This document shows positions 1-8,114 of a stretch of DNA of 64,000 bases, in pieces (position 1 is the stretch's first letter; each line of letters starts with the position of its first letter). Both the position numbers and the translations under genes were made by a program. Under the pieces are notes generated by a model. It did no database searches. It saw only the letters and a program-made list of their open reading frames with translations, and had not been told where the DNA came from. The DNA comes from Steroidobacteraceae bacterium (GTDB lineage Bacteria; Pseudomonadota; Gammaproteobacteria; Steroidobacterales; Steroidobacteraceae), in contig JBFWZQ010000014.1 in assembly GCA_050185195.1 (NCBI GenBank), positions 3,002-67,001 on the forward strand, read 5' to 3'.

Positions 1-303
1 GAAGCAGTCGTGGATCACCTGCGCGGTCGGTTCGGCCGCCCACGGCACGCGGCGCACGGTCTTCGGGTCCGCGCGCAGCACGATGTCGATCTCGGCCGGG
101 CTCATGGCCCCTTCGGGCTCGTCCGGGTAATCGCCGGTCACGGTCTGCAGGAAAATGCTTTCCGGCAGGCGCATGCCCTCGTCTTCGGCGAACTTCGCCG
201 CGGGCATGACCTTGCCGCGCGCGATGCCCGCCATGTCCGGAATGATGGCCTCGACCTCGGATATGCCGTGGTCGCGGAAGAACTGCTGGATGTCACTCGC
301 CAT
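1..303 (-). CDS. Glutamine synthetase family protein, PuuA/PauA(SpuB)-like glutamate--polyamine ligase; only the 5' part lies in the window (gene continues past the left edge)
   Basis: Absent from the ORF track because it runs off the edge. Reverse translation from the ATG (plus-strand 'cat' at 301-303) gives MASDIQQFFRDHGISEVEAIIPDMAGIARGKVMPAAKFAEDEGMRLPESIFLQTVTGDYPDEPEG..., the N-terminal region typical of GS-like gamma-glutamylpolyamine synthetases. Starts 3 nt downstream of the puuD-like stop, matching spuA-spuB order. Confidence 0.7.
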   Translation of the reverse strand, partial: MASDIQQFFRDHGISEVEAIIPDMAGIARGKVMPAAKFAEDEGMRLPESIFLQTVTGDYPDEPEGAMSPAEIDIVLRADPKTVRRVPWAAEPTAQVIHDCF

Positions 304-306
304 AAA

Positions 307-1062
307 TCACCTGACCTGGGCGCGCTCGGCACTCGCGGCGCCAAATGCCGCGAACAGAGCGCGCGAAAAGGAATTGCCCATCACCTGCCACTCGGGGTGC
401 CACTGCACCGCGAGTGCGAAATGCGGCGCGTCCGCCACCCGGAAGGCCTCGACCAGCCCGTCCGGCGCGCGCGCCTCGACCGCAAGCCCCGGCGCGAGCG
501 CGCGCACGCCCTGCGCGTGCAGTGAATTGACCTTTGCGCGCCCCGCGCCCGCAATCGCGCGCAGCACGCCGCCGTCCACCAGTTCGACCTCGTGCGCCGG
601 CGCATATTGCAGCTCGAGCGGCTGCGCCTTGTCCTCGCGGTGGTCGAGCTTGCCCGGCTGCTCCTGCACCTTCTGCCACAGCGAACCGCCGAAGGCGACG
701 TTCATCTCCTGGAAGCCGCGGCAAATGCCGAACACCGGCACGCCGGCCTCGACCGCGCGCGGAATGAGCGGCAGCGTGGTCGCGTCGCGCTCGGCGTCGT
801 GGAGGGTGCCCGGTTCACTCGCCTCGCCTTCGTAGTGGCGCGGCTCGACGTTCGAAGGCGAACCCGTGAAGAGGATCCCGTCGACCTGCCCGAGCAGCTG
901 ATCGAGGTCGAGGCGGTTACCGAGCGCCGGAATCAGCAGCGGCAGCCCACCGGCGGCCTCCATCACGGCGAGGATGTATTTCTCGCCCACGGCATGGAAC
1001 GGATGAGCGCCGAGCATGCGGCGATCCGCCGGAATGCCGATCACTGGACGCCTCATGGCCAT
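307..1062 (-). CDS. puuD: Gamma-glutamyl-gamma-aminobutyrate hydrolase family (class I glutamine amidotransferase, peptidase C26; PuuD/SpuA-like)
   Basis: ORF 307..1188. Nucleophile-elbow motif GICRGFQEMNVAFGG and His/Glu motif AVQWHPE. Start trimmed to ATG at 1060-1062 (MAMRRPVIGIP) because the upstream 42 codons look like non-coding read-through. Confidence 0.8.
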   Translation of the reverse strand: MAMRRPVIGIPADRRMLGAHPFHAVGEKYILAVMEAAGGLPLLIPALGNRLDLDQLLGQVDGILFTGSPSNVEPRHYEGEASEPGTLHDAERDATTLPLIPRAVEAGVPVFGICRGFQEMNVAFGGSLWQKVQEQPGKLDHREDKAQPLELQYAPAHEVELVDGGVLRAIAGAGRAKVNSLHAQGVRALAPGLAVEARAPDGLVEAFRVADAPHFALAVQWHPEWQVMGNSFSRALFAAFGAASAERAQVR

Positions 1063-1284
1063 CGGGGTACCCGGTCGCGCGTTTAGGATATTTATCACCC
1101 GGCCCGTCCGGACCGGCTGCAGCAGCATTAGACCACAGCTCGCGGCGGAGCGGATGGTGCGCCGCATCAATGACCCCTGCGGCCTCACGACAGCCCCCTG
1201 CCATTTGCTGCGGCCCGCCGGGCCCGAATAAGCTTGCGGGTCGGCCGCCCGTACCGGGTGTCCGAAATCCTAAACGAGGCCTCC

Positions 1285-2655
1285 ATGCCGAGCGAAGCGC
1301 ACGCCGAACTGCAGCGGTTTCTCGACGCGCACCCGGAGACGCGTTTTTTCGACGTTTTCCTCAACGATCTCAACACGGTCGAGCGGGGCAAGCGCCTCGA
1401 TCTCGACGGTGCCCGCGCCGCCTACCGCAGCGGCATGTTGCTGCCGGGCTCGATGTTCGCGCTCGACGTGCTCGGCGGCACCGTGCAGGCCACCGGGCTC
1501 GGGTTCGATGACGGCGATGCGGACCGGCCGTGCCGTCCGATCCCCGGAACGCTGGTACCGGTTCCCTGGCAGCAGGATGCCCTCGCCCAGTTGCAGGTGA
1601 CGATGCACGAGCCGGACGGACGACCGTTCTACGGCGACCCGCGCCACGTGCTCACGTCGATGCTCCAGCGCGTGACCGCGCTCGGCCTCACGCCCGTCGT
1701 GGCGATCGAATACGAGTTCTACTTCGTCGACCTCGAGCGCGGCGCGGACGGCCTGCCGCAGCCACCGCGCGGGCCGCTCACGGGGCGGCGCGAGTTTCGC
1801 ACGCAGATCAATGCCATGACCGACCTGAACGAGTACTCCCCAGTGCTCGCGCAGATCGCGCGCGATTGCCACACGCAGGGCGTGCCCGCGACCGGGGCAC
1901 TGCCCGAGTACGGGCCGGGGCAATACGAGGTGAACCTGCAGCACCTGCCCGATGCCCTCGCCGCCTGCGACCAGGCGCTGCGCTTCAAGCGCATCGTCAA
2001 GAGCGTCGCGCGCGCCCACGGCATGGACGCGACGTTCCTCGCCAAGCCCTACCGCGACATGGCCGGCAGCGGGCTGCACATCCACCTGAGCCTGCTCGAC
2101 GGCGAGGGGCGCAACATCTTCGCCTGCGACGATCCCGCCGCCCACGCACCGCTGCGCCACGCGGTCGCCGGCCTCCTCGACTCGATGGCGGACGGCATGG
2201 CGATCTGCGCACCCGGCCCGAACTCCTTCCGGCGCTTTCGCAGCGAATCCTATGTGCCACTGACGCCGAACTGGTCGATCAACAACCGCGGCGCCGCCGT
2301 GCGCATCCCGGTGAGCGACGCCGCCAATCGCCGCATCGAATACCGCCAGGCCGGCGCCGACGCCAATCCGTACCTCGTGCTCGCCTGGATGCTCGCCGGA
2401 CTGCACCACGGCCTCACGCGGCGCGCCGATCCACCGCCCCCGGTGATGGGCAATACCTACGCGCAAACGGCGGGCGAGCCGCTGCCGACGCAGTGGGCCA
2501 CGGCGATCGAGCAGTTCGTGGACAGCCCCTTCGCGAGCGAATACCTCGGCGAGCGCTTCGCGCGCCTGTATGCCACGGTCAAGCGCGCCGAACTGGAGGC
2601 CTTCAGCTCCTACGTGACGCCGCTCGAGTGCGCGTGGTACCTGGGGCCGCTGTGA
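1285..2655 (+). CDS. Glutamine synthetase family protein (second PuuA/PauA-like glutamate--amine ligase)
   Basis: ORF 1234..2655 (TTG). Internal ATG at 1285 (MPSEAHAELQRFL). GS catalytic-domain strings EYGPGQYEVNL, ATFLAKPY, GSGLHIHLSL, NRGAAVRIP. Confidence 0.8.
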   Translation: MPSEAHAELQRFLDAHPETRFFDVFLNDLNTVERGKRLDLDGARAAYRSGMLLPGSMFALDVLGGTVQATGLGFDDGDADRPCRPIPGTLVPVPWQQDALAQLQVTMHEPDGRPFYGDPRHVLTSMLQRVTALGLTPVVAIEYEFYFVDLERGADGLPQPPRGPLTGRREFRTQINAMTDLNEYSPVLAQIARDCHTQGVPATGALPEYGPGQYEVNLQHLPDALAACDQALRFKRIVKSVARAHGMDATFLAKPYRDMAGSGLHIHLSLLDGEGRNIFACDDPAAHAPLRHAVAGLLDSMADGMAICAPGPNSFRRFRSESYVPLTPNWSINNRGAAVRIPVSDAANRRIEYRQAGADANPYLVLAWMLAGLHHGLTRRADPPPPVMGNTYAQTAGEPLPTQWATAIEQFVDSPFASEYLGERFARLYATVKRAELEAFSSYVTPLECAWYLGPL

Positions 2656-3932
2656 GCGAGGACTACGTCGCCAGCTACTACGCCGCCACGCGCCACGCAG
2701 CGCCGGCGCACCCGCCGCTCAAGGGCGACGTGGAGTGCGACGTCTGCGTCATCGGCGCGGGGATCGCGGGCTGCTCGGCCGCACTGCATCTCGCCGGGCG
2801 TGGCTACCGGGTCGTGCTGCTCGAAGCCGCGCGCGTCGGCTGGGGCGCGTCGGGCCGCAGCGGGGCACAGGCGCTCTTCGGCCTCGCCGCGGGCGAAGAG
2901 AAGACCGAAGCGCTGATCGGGGAAAGCGACGCGCGTCGCGCCTGGGACATCACCGTCGAGGGCCTCGGGCTCATGCGCGAACTCATCGCGCGCCATGCGA
3001 TCGACTGCGACTACGTGCCCGGCCAGATGCACGTGGCGGTCAAGCCGCGGCAGGTCACGGAACTGCGCCGCTGGACCGAACGCATCAATGACCGCTACGG
3101 CTACACGAGCCTGCGCTTCGTGCCGCAGGAAGAAGTGCGCGCGCTGATCGCGAGCAAGCGCTATCTCGCCGGCACCTTCGATTCGCAGAGCGGCCACCTG
3201 CATCCGCTCAACTACACGCTCGGCCTCGCGGCGGCCGCAAGGGCGGCAGGCGCGCGCATCTTCGAGGGCAGCCGCGCGCTCGCGTACGAAGCCGGCGCCG
3301 GCCCCGTGATGGTGCGAACGGCGCAGGGGAGCGTGCGCTGCCAGCACCTGGCGCTCTGCGGCAATGCCTGGCTCGGCAGCACCGCCCCGAGGATCGCGAA
3401 ACGCATCATGCCGGTTGGCACCTATATCGTCGCGACCGAGCCGCTGGGCGAGGCGCGCGCGCGCGAACTCATCGCCAACGATGCGGCCGTCACCGACATC
3501 AACTGGGTGCTCGACTACTTCCGCCGCTCGCGCGACCACCGGCTGCTCTTCGGCGGGCGCGTCAGTTACTCGGGGCTAGACCCGTTCAACACCGCGAACG
3601 CGACGCGTGATCGAATGTTGCACGTCTTCCCGCAGCTGCGCGGCGCGCGCATCGAGCACAGCTGGGGCGGTTATGTCGACATCACGATGAACCGCGCGCC
3701 GGACTTCGGGCGCCTCGCGCCGAACGTGTACTACCTGCAGGGGTTCTCCGGGCACGGCATGGTGCTCACCGGCATCGCGGGGAAATTGCTCGCGGAAGCG
3801 ATCGCCGGCACGGCGGAGCGCTTCGATGTGTTCAGCCGCATCCCGCATCGCGAGTTCCCCGGCGGCGCGCTGCTGCGCCGGCCCGCGCTCGTGCTCGCGA
3901 TGGCGTGGTACCGTTTGAAGGACTTGTTGTAG
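2652..3932 (+). CDS. FAD-dependent oxidoreductase (DAO family; PuuB/PauB-like gamma-glutamylamine oxidase)
   Basis: C-terminal 426 codons of ORF 1530..3932. GTG at 2652 overlaps the upstream stop (GTGA). Dinucleotide-binding motif DVCVIGAGIAGCSAALHLA. Confidence 0.8.
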   Translation: MSEDYVASYYAATRHAAPAHPPLKGDVECDVCVIGAGIAGCSAALHLAGRGYRVVLLEAARVGWGASGRSGAQALFGLAAGEEKTEALIGESDARRAWDITVEGLGLMRELIARHAIDCDYVPGQMHVAVKPRQVTELRRWTERINDRYGYTSLRFVPQEEVRALIASKRYLAGTFDSQSGHLHPLNYTLGLAAAARAAGARIFEGSRALAYEAGAGPVMVRTAQGSVRCQHLALCGNAWLGSTAPRIAKRIMPVGTYIVATEPLGEARARELIANDAAVTDINWVLDYFRRSRDHRLLFGGRVSYSGLDPFNTANATRDRMLHVFPQLRGARIEHSWGGYVDITMNRAPDFGRLAPNVYYLQGFSGHGMVLTGIAGKLLAEAIAGTAERFDVFSRIPHREFPGGALLRRPALVLAMAWYRLKDLL

Positions 3933-3935
3933 GGC

Positions 3936-4493
3936 CTAGAGGAAACGCCACGCCACCGTGAGCCACAAGGCATCGGCGTCGTCGAATTCGTCGGGGTCCA
4001 GCCGCTCGTACTCGAGGCGCAGGTTGATGTGGCGCCCGAGCATCGCGCCGACCCCCGCACCGAAGGTGATCGAGTCCTGGCTGCTCTTCACCTCGATCCG
4101 GTCGCTCCCCGAGATGAGCTCGAACTCGGTCGTGTTGATGAAATATCCGACGCGCGCGAGCAGCTCGAAGCGGCCCAGCGGCCAGGACGCGACGATCCAG
4201 GGCGTGACGCCCCGCTGGCCGACGGACAGGCGCTCGCCGGCCGCGTCGGCCGAAAAATCCCCATAGTCGGAATAGGTGGCCTCGACCGCGACATAGGGCG
4301 AGAAGCGATACCCGGCCAGCACCCGCCACGCCGTGTCGTCGGCGTCGATCGCGAAGACATTGACGCCGGTATCGAGATCGACGCTCGCCTGCGAGCGGCC
4401 TGCCCCGAGCCCCACGTAGGGCCCGAAATTCTCGTAGGCGAAGCACGTGCCGGAGACCGTGAGTGCTGCAAGCAGCATGGCCGTACGTTTCAT
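3936..4493 (-). CDS. Small outer-membrane beta-barrel protein (OmpA-like TM / OMP_b-brl type) with Sec signal
   Basis: ORF 3936..4592 trimmed to MKRTAMLLAALTVSGTCFA. Alternating hydrophobic beta-strand pattern; aromatic C-terminus ...LTVAWRFL. Confidence 0.65.
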   Translation of the reverse strand: MKRTAMLLAALTVSGTCFAYENFGPYVGLGAGRSQASVDLDTGVNVFAIDADDTAWRVLAGYRFSPYVAVEATYSDYGDFSADAAGERLSVGQRGVTPWIVASWPLGRFELLARVGYFINTTEFELISGSDRIEVKSSQDSITFGAGVGAMLGRHINLRLEYERLDPDEFDDADALWLTVAWRFL

Positions 4494-4542
4494 GCAACCC
4501 CCTGCACATCGTTGCGATGACGATCCCGGGCGAGTATACGCC

Positions 4543-6708
4543 TCAGCGCGCGCGCAACTCGTAGCAGCTGTGGATGCGCGGATTGCGCGCAAAGTCCTCG
4601 GGGATGGTCGCGCGGGTGATGTCGGTCACCGCGAACCGGCTCGCGAGCGCGGGATCGAGGCGGAATTTCTGCGCGTTGGTGGAGAACACGAGCAGCCCGC
4701 CCGGCGCGAGGATCTGCATGCAGGCGTCGATCAGCGCCGCATGGTCGCGCTGCACGTCGTGCACGCCTTCCATGCGCTTCGAGTTCGAGAAGGTCGGCGG
4801 ATCGAGGAAGATGAGATCGAAGCACTCGCGACCGTGCGCGGCCCCGGCGAGCCACTCGCGGCAGTCGGCCTGCACGAAGCGGTGCTGGCGACCCGCGAGG
4901 GAGTTTGCGGCCAGGTTCGCCTGCGCCCAGTCGAGATAGGTGTGCGACAGGTCGACGCTCGTCGTCTCGCGGGCGCCGCCCGCGGCGGCATGGACCGTGG
5001 CGCTGCCGGTGTAGGCGAAGAGATTGAGGAAGCGCCCTCCCGCGGCCGCCTCGCGCAGGCGCGCGCGCGTGATGCGGTGGTCCAGGAACAGGCCCGTATC
5101 GAGGTAGTCGGTGAAATTCACGCGAAAGCGCAGGCCCGCCTCCCCGACGACCCGGAACTCGCCGCGCTCCGCTTCCTTGCCGTATTGCTCGCCGCGCGCC
5201 GTGCGCCGGCGCATGCGCACGTGCACGTGGGTCTCGGGCAGGCCCAGCACGTCGGGCAGCACGGAGAGCGCTTCCGCGCGCCGGCGTCGCACCGCCTCGA
5301 GCTCGATCTCGCGTGGCGCCGCGTACTCCTGCACGTACGCCCAGCGCTCGTCCGAATCCGCCGCCGTATAGAGGTCGATGGCGAACGCGTACTCGGGCAT
5401 GTCGGCGTCGTAGACCCGATAGCAGCGCACGCCGGCCTTCGCCGCCCACGCGCCGAGGCGCTTGGCGTTCTTCGCCAGCCGGTTGCCGAACATGCGCGCG
5501 CCCGCCGTCTCGCGCAGCGCCGGATCGAACAGCGGCCGCGGACGCCGGAAATCGCGTGCGCTGCCCGGTTCGATCTCGAAACGCAGCAGACGGCACTCGA
5601 GCGCGCCGTTCCACACCGTGTGGGTGCGCTGCGCCCGCAGGCCGATGTCGAGGCCGAGGTCCGGCGAGCCCGTGATGACCGCGGCGCGCCAGCCCTGGAA
5701 ACGCTCGCGCATCACCGTGCCGAGTTCGCGGTGCAGGGCGCGCGCCGTCTCGAGATCCTCGAGGCGTACGCCGTAGGGCGGATTCGCGCACAGCAGGCCG
5801 CGCGCACCGCTGGGCGCGGCCTGCGCGAGCGGCGCCTGCGTGAACTCGACCCACGACGCAACGCCCGCGCGTGCCGCGTTGTCCGCCGCGATGCGCACCG
5901 CGCGCGCGTCGCTGTCGCTGCCGCGCAGTGGCAACGATGCGGTGGCCTGCGGGCGCACGCGCGGCGCAGCCGCCGCATGCAGGCGTTCCAAGGTCGCGGC
6001 GTCGTGCCCCTTCCAGCCCGTGAAGCCGTAGTAGGCGCGTTGCAGTCCCGGCGCCCGGTCGGCGGCCATGAGGGCGGCCTCGATCACGAAGGTGCCCGAG
6101 CCGCACATCGGGTCGAGCAGCGCCGCGCCCTCGGCCGCGAGCGCCGGCCAGCCGGCGCGCAGCAGGATGCCGGCCGCCACGTTCTCGCGCAGCGGCGCCT
6201 CGCCGGCCTGCGCACGATAGCCGCGGCGGTGCAGGCCCTCGCCCGACAGGTCGATCGAGACGGTGACGGCGGATCCATTCGCATGGGCGTGCACACGCAC
6301 CGACGGCCGCTCGAGCGCGACGTCCGGGCGGCGCCCATGGGACTCGCGCAAGCTGTCGCAGATCGCGTCCTTCACGCGTTGCGCGCCGTAGCGCGTGTGG
6401 TTGATACCGGGATGGCGGCCGCTGTAATCACAGGCGAGCGTGCCGTCGGGATCGACGTGATCGTTCCACGGCAGCGTGCGCAGCGCCGCGTACAGCGCAT
6501 CCGCGGTTTCGGCCTGCACCTGCGCGATCTCGAGGAACACGCGGCTGGCGACGCGCGATTCGAGGCAGGCGCGATAGGCCACTTCGAGCGAGCCCGAGAA
6601 CCCGACGCCGAGCGCGCGCTCGCGCACGTCGGTGGCGCCGAACGACACCAGCTCCGCGGCGAGCAGATCGGCAAAACCACGCGGCGCGCTCGCGAGGAAG
6701 CGCATCAT
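4543..6708 (-). CDS. rlmL: Bifunctional 23S rRNA (guanine2445-N2)/(guanine2069-N7) methyltransferase RlmKL
   Basis: ORF 4543..6723. N-terminus MMRFLASAPRGFADLLAAEL resembles E. coli RlmL. First SAM MTase motifs LLDPMCGSGTFVIEAA and ANPPYG; second C-terminal MTase FLNLFAYTGS and IFLDPPTFSNSK. The ATG at 6708 overlaps the upstream stop (ATGA). Confidence 0.85.
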   Translation of the reverse strand: MMRFLASAPRGFADLLAAELVSFGATDVRERALGVGFSGSLEVAYRACLESRVASRVFLEIAQVQAETADALYAALRTLPWNDHVDPDGTLACDYSGRHPGINHTRYGAQRVKDAICDSLRESHGRRPDVALERPSVRVHAHANGSAVTVSIDLSGEGLHRRGYRAQAGEAPLRENVAAGILLRAGWPALAAEGAALLDPMCGSGTFVIEAALMAADRAPGLQRAYYGFTGWKGHDAATLERLHAAAAPRVRPQATASLPLRGSDSDARAVRIAADNAARAGVASWVEFTQAPLAQAAPSGARGLLCANPPYGVRLEDLETARALHRELGTVMRERFQGWRAAVITGSPDLGLDIGLRAQRTHTVWNGALECRLLRFEIEPGSARDFRRPRPLFDPALRETAGARMFGNRLAKNAKRLGAWAAKAGVRCYRVYDADMPEYAFAIDLYTAADSDERWAYVQEYAAPREIELEAVRRRRAEALSVLPDVLGLPETHVHVRMRRRTARGEQYGKEAERGEFRVVGEAGLRFRVNFTDYLDTGLFLDHRITRARLREAAAGGRFLNLFAYTGSATVHAAAGGARETTSVDLSHTYLDWAQANLAANSLAGRQHRFVQADCREWLAGAAHGRECFDLIFLDPPTFSNSKRMEGVHDVQRDHAALIDACMQILAPGGLLVFSTNAQKFRLDPALASRFAVTDITRATIPEDFARNPRIHSCYELRAR

Positions 6709-8114
6709 GGCCGCGGCGGCCACGGCAGCACGCGCGGCGCGTGCGTGGCCAGGTAGCGCGCGAGCACGCGATACGTTTCAAGGTCGAAGCCCACGGCCTG
6801 CGAACCCAACTGAAACAGCGCCTCTGGCCCGTCGCGCGTGACGGTCCCGAGGTAGCGCCATCCCTCCACCACATGCCACTGCTCGAGGCCCCCGAAATCG
6901 CGCTCGCGGATCGCGACGGCGCCGTCGTACGGCCAGGGCTTCAGCCGCTCGCCCGCAAACGCGAGCTTGGTGCGCGCAAGGTGCCGTTGGGGCGCTTCGG
7001 CCCCGACGCAGGCACCGCGGCAATGCTGGGCCTGGAAGGCGACGCAGGACCCCTCTCCCTCCTCGAGCCCGAGCAGCTTCGCGCAGAGGCGGTGTTCACG
7101 CGCGAGCGACTCGAGCGCACGCCGCGCTTCGCGCGCGGTGCGATAGAGACCGAAACAGTCGCCCTCGGGCCAGCCGTCGGCGAGCGACTGCAGCTGCGGC
7201 GGGGCCGGTATATCGCCAAAGCGCCAGGTGAGCGCCTCGCCGGCATCGCGAGCGCGCCGGTTGTAGGCCGGCCGCGCCTCGCGCACACAGCGCGCCTCGT
7301 GCAGTTGCGCGCCGAGCTCGCCCGCCGTCTCGATCCAGTCGACGCGCACGGTCTCGCTCGCGAGCCGTCGCGTCTTCGCCGCGCGTGGCGCATCGCGCCA
7401 GTAGCCGAGCACGCGCTCGCGCAGGTTCACCGCCCGACCCACGTACAACAACGACTCCGGGCTGTCCGCCCCGGTGCGGCCGTAGAAACGATAGACGCCG
7501 GCGGTCTGCGGCAGTTCGTCGGCCAGCCCCGGCGACAGCTGCGGCGGCAGCGACACGCGTTGCGTGAGGTCCGCAAGCGCCGCTTCGAGCGCCTCGGGCG
7601 GCCAGGCGGCGCGCAACCGCCGCCAGAATTGCCAGAGGGCCATCGCATCGGGCAACGCACGGTGGCGCGCCGCACAGGGCAGGTCGTGGAAGGCGATCAC
7701 GGCATCCAGGTTGTGGTGGTGCTGTTGCGGATAGAAGCGTCGCGACAGCCTGACGGTGCAGGCGCAGCGCGCGTCGAAAGCGTGCCCCGCGCGCTGCAGC
7801 TCGTTGCGAACGAAGCCGTAGTCGAAGCGCACGTTGTGCGCGATGAAGAGCCGCCCCTCGAGCCGCTGCGCGAGGGAGGCTGCGATGTCGGCAAAACGGG
7901 GCGCGTCCTCGAGCGAGGCCGGATCGATGCCAGTGAGGCGCTGGATGCCGGCCGGCAAGCGGGTGCCGGGATTGACGAGCGTGGTCCACGATTCCTCGAC
8001 CGTGTCGCCGCGCGCGAGCACCACGCCCACCTCGATGACGCGGTGGTACAGCGGATGCCCGCCCGTCGTCTCGACATCGACGAAGGCGAGCGGGGCGTCG
8101 ACGAGTGCGCTCAC
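6705..8114 (-). CDS. DEDDh 3'-5' exonuclease (DnaQ/epsilon-like) fused to a GIY-YIG (Cho/UvrC-N-terminal-like) nuclease
   Basis: Exo motifs FVDVETTG, AHNVRFDYGFV and HRALPDAMA. GIY-YIG motifs GVYRFYG...LLYVGRAVNLRERV and ...ELGAQLHEARCVREARPAYN. GTG start overlaps the stop of the upstream aldehyde dehydrogenase (GTGA at 8111-8114). Confidence 0.75.
   Translation of the reverse strand: MSALVDAPLAFVDVETTGGHPLYHRVIEVGVVLARGDTVEESWTTLVNPGTRLPAGIQRLTGIDPASLEDAPRFADIAASLAQRLEGRLFIAHNVRFDYGFVRNELQRAGHAFDARCACTVRLSRRFYPQQHHHNLDAVIAFHDLPCAARHRALPDAMALWQFWRRLRAAWPPEALEAALADLTQRVSLPPQLSPGLADELPQTAGVYRFYGRTGADSPESLLYVGRAVNLRERVLGYWRDAPRAAKTRRLASETVRVDWIETAGELGAQLHEARCVREARPAYNRRARDAGEALTWRFGDIPAPPQLQSLADGWPEGDCFGLYRTAREARRALESLAREHRLCAKLLGLEEGEGSCVAFQAQHCRGACVGAEAPQRHLARTKLAFAGERLKPWPYDGAVAIRERDFGGLEQWHVVEGWRYLGTVTRDGPEALFQLGSQAVGFDLETYRVLARYLATHAPRVLPWPPRP

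Noticed and set aside
1063-1284. Operator motifs for the PuuR/PauR-like regulator in the divergent spacers 1063-1284 and 10170-10257.
   Set aside because: Both spacers contain A/T-richer patches (tttaggatatttatcac; tgtttagcatcatggacaca). I found no convincing shared palindrome between them, and I do not know the binding motif for this regulator lineage.
1530-3932. An 800-aa ORF that could be read as a giant fusion protein.
   Set aside because: The first 374 codons are an out-of-frame read through the GS-like gene (1285..2655) and look non-protein-like. The FAD oxidase begins at GTG 2652, just before its Rossmann motif. The same reasoning trims 12896..14920 (only the last 261 codons, GntR), 39749..41917 (only the last 246 codons, cysH), 11614..12744, 12381..13667, 20434..22389 and 51213..52538.
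4447-6756. Very long ORFs antisense or out of frame to well-supported genes. Examples: 4447..6756 (+, 769 aa), 16257..18362 (-, 701 aa), 22044..24467 (+, 807 aa), 25474..27360 (-, 628 aa), 29254..32712 (-, 1152 aa), 39069..40892 (-, 607 aa).
   Set aside because: Their translations are Arg/Ala/Gly/Pro-rich low-complexity strings with no recognisable motifs. They lie opposite genes with clear family signatures (rlmKL, MFS, mprF, PQQ propeller, czcCBA, cysJ/cysI). Stop-free alternative frames of this length are expected in ~70% G+C DNA.
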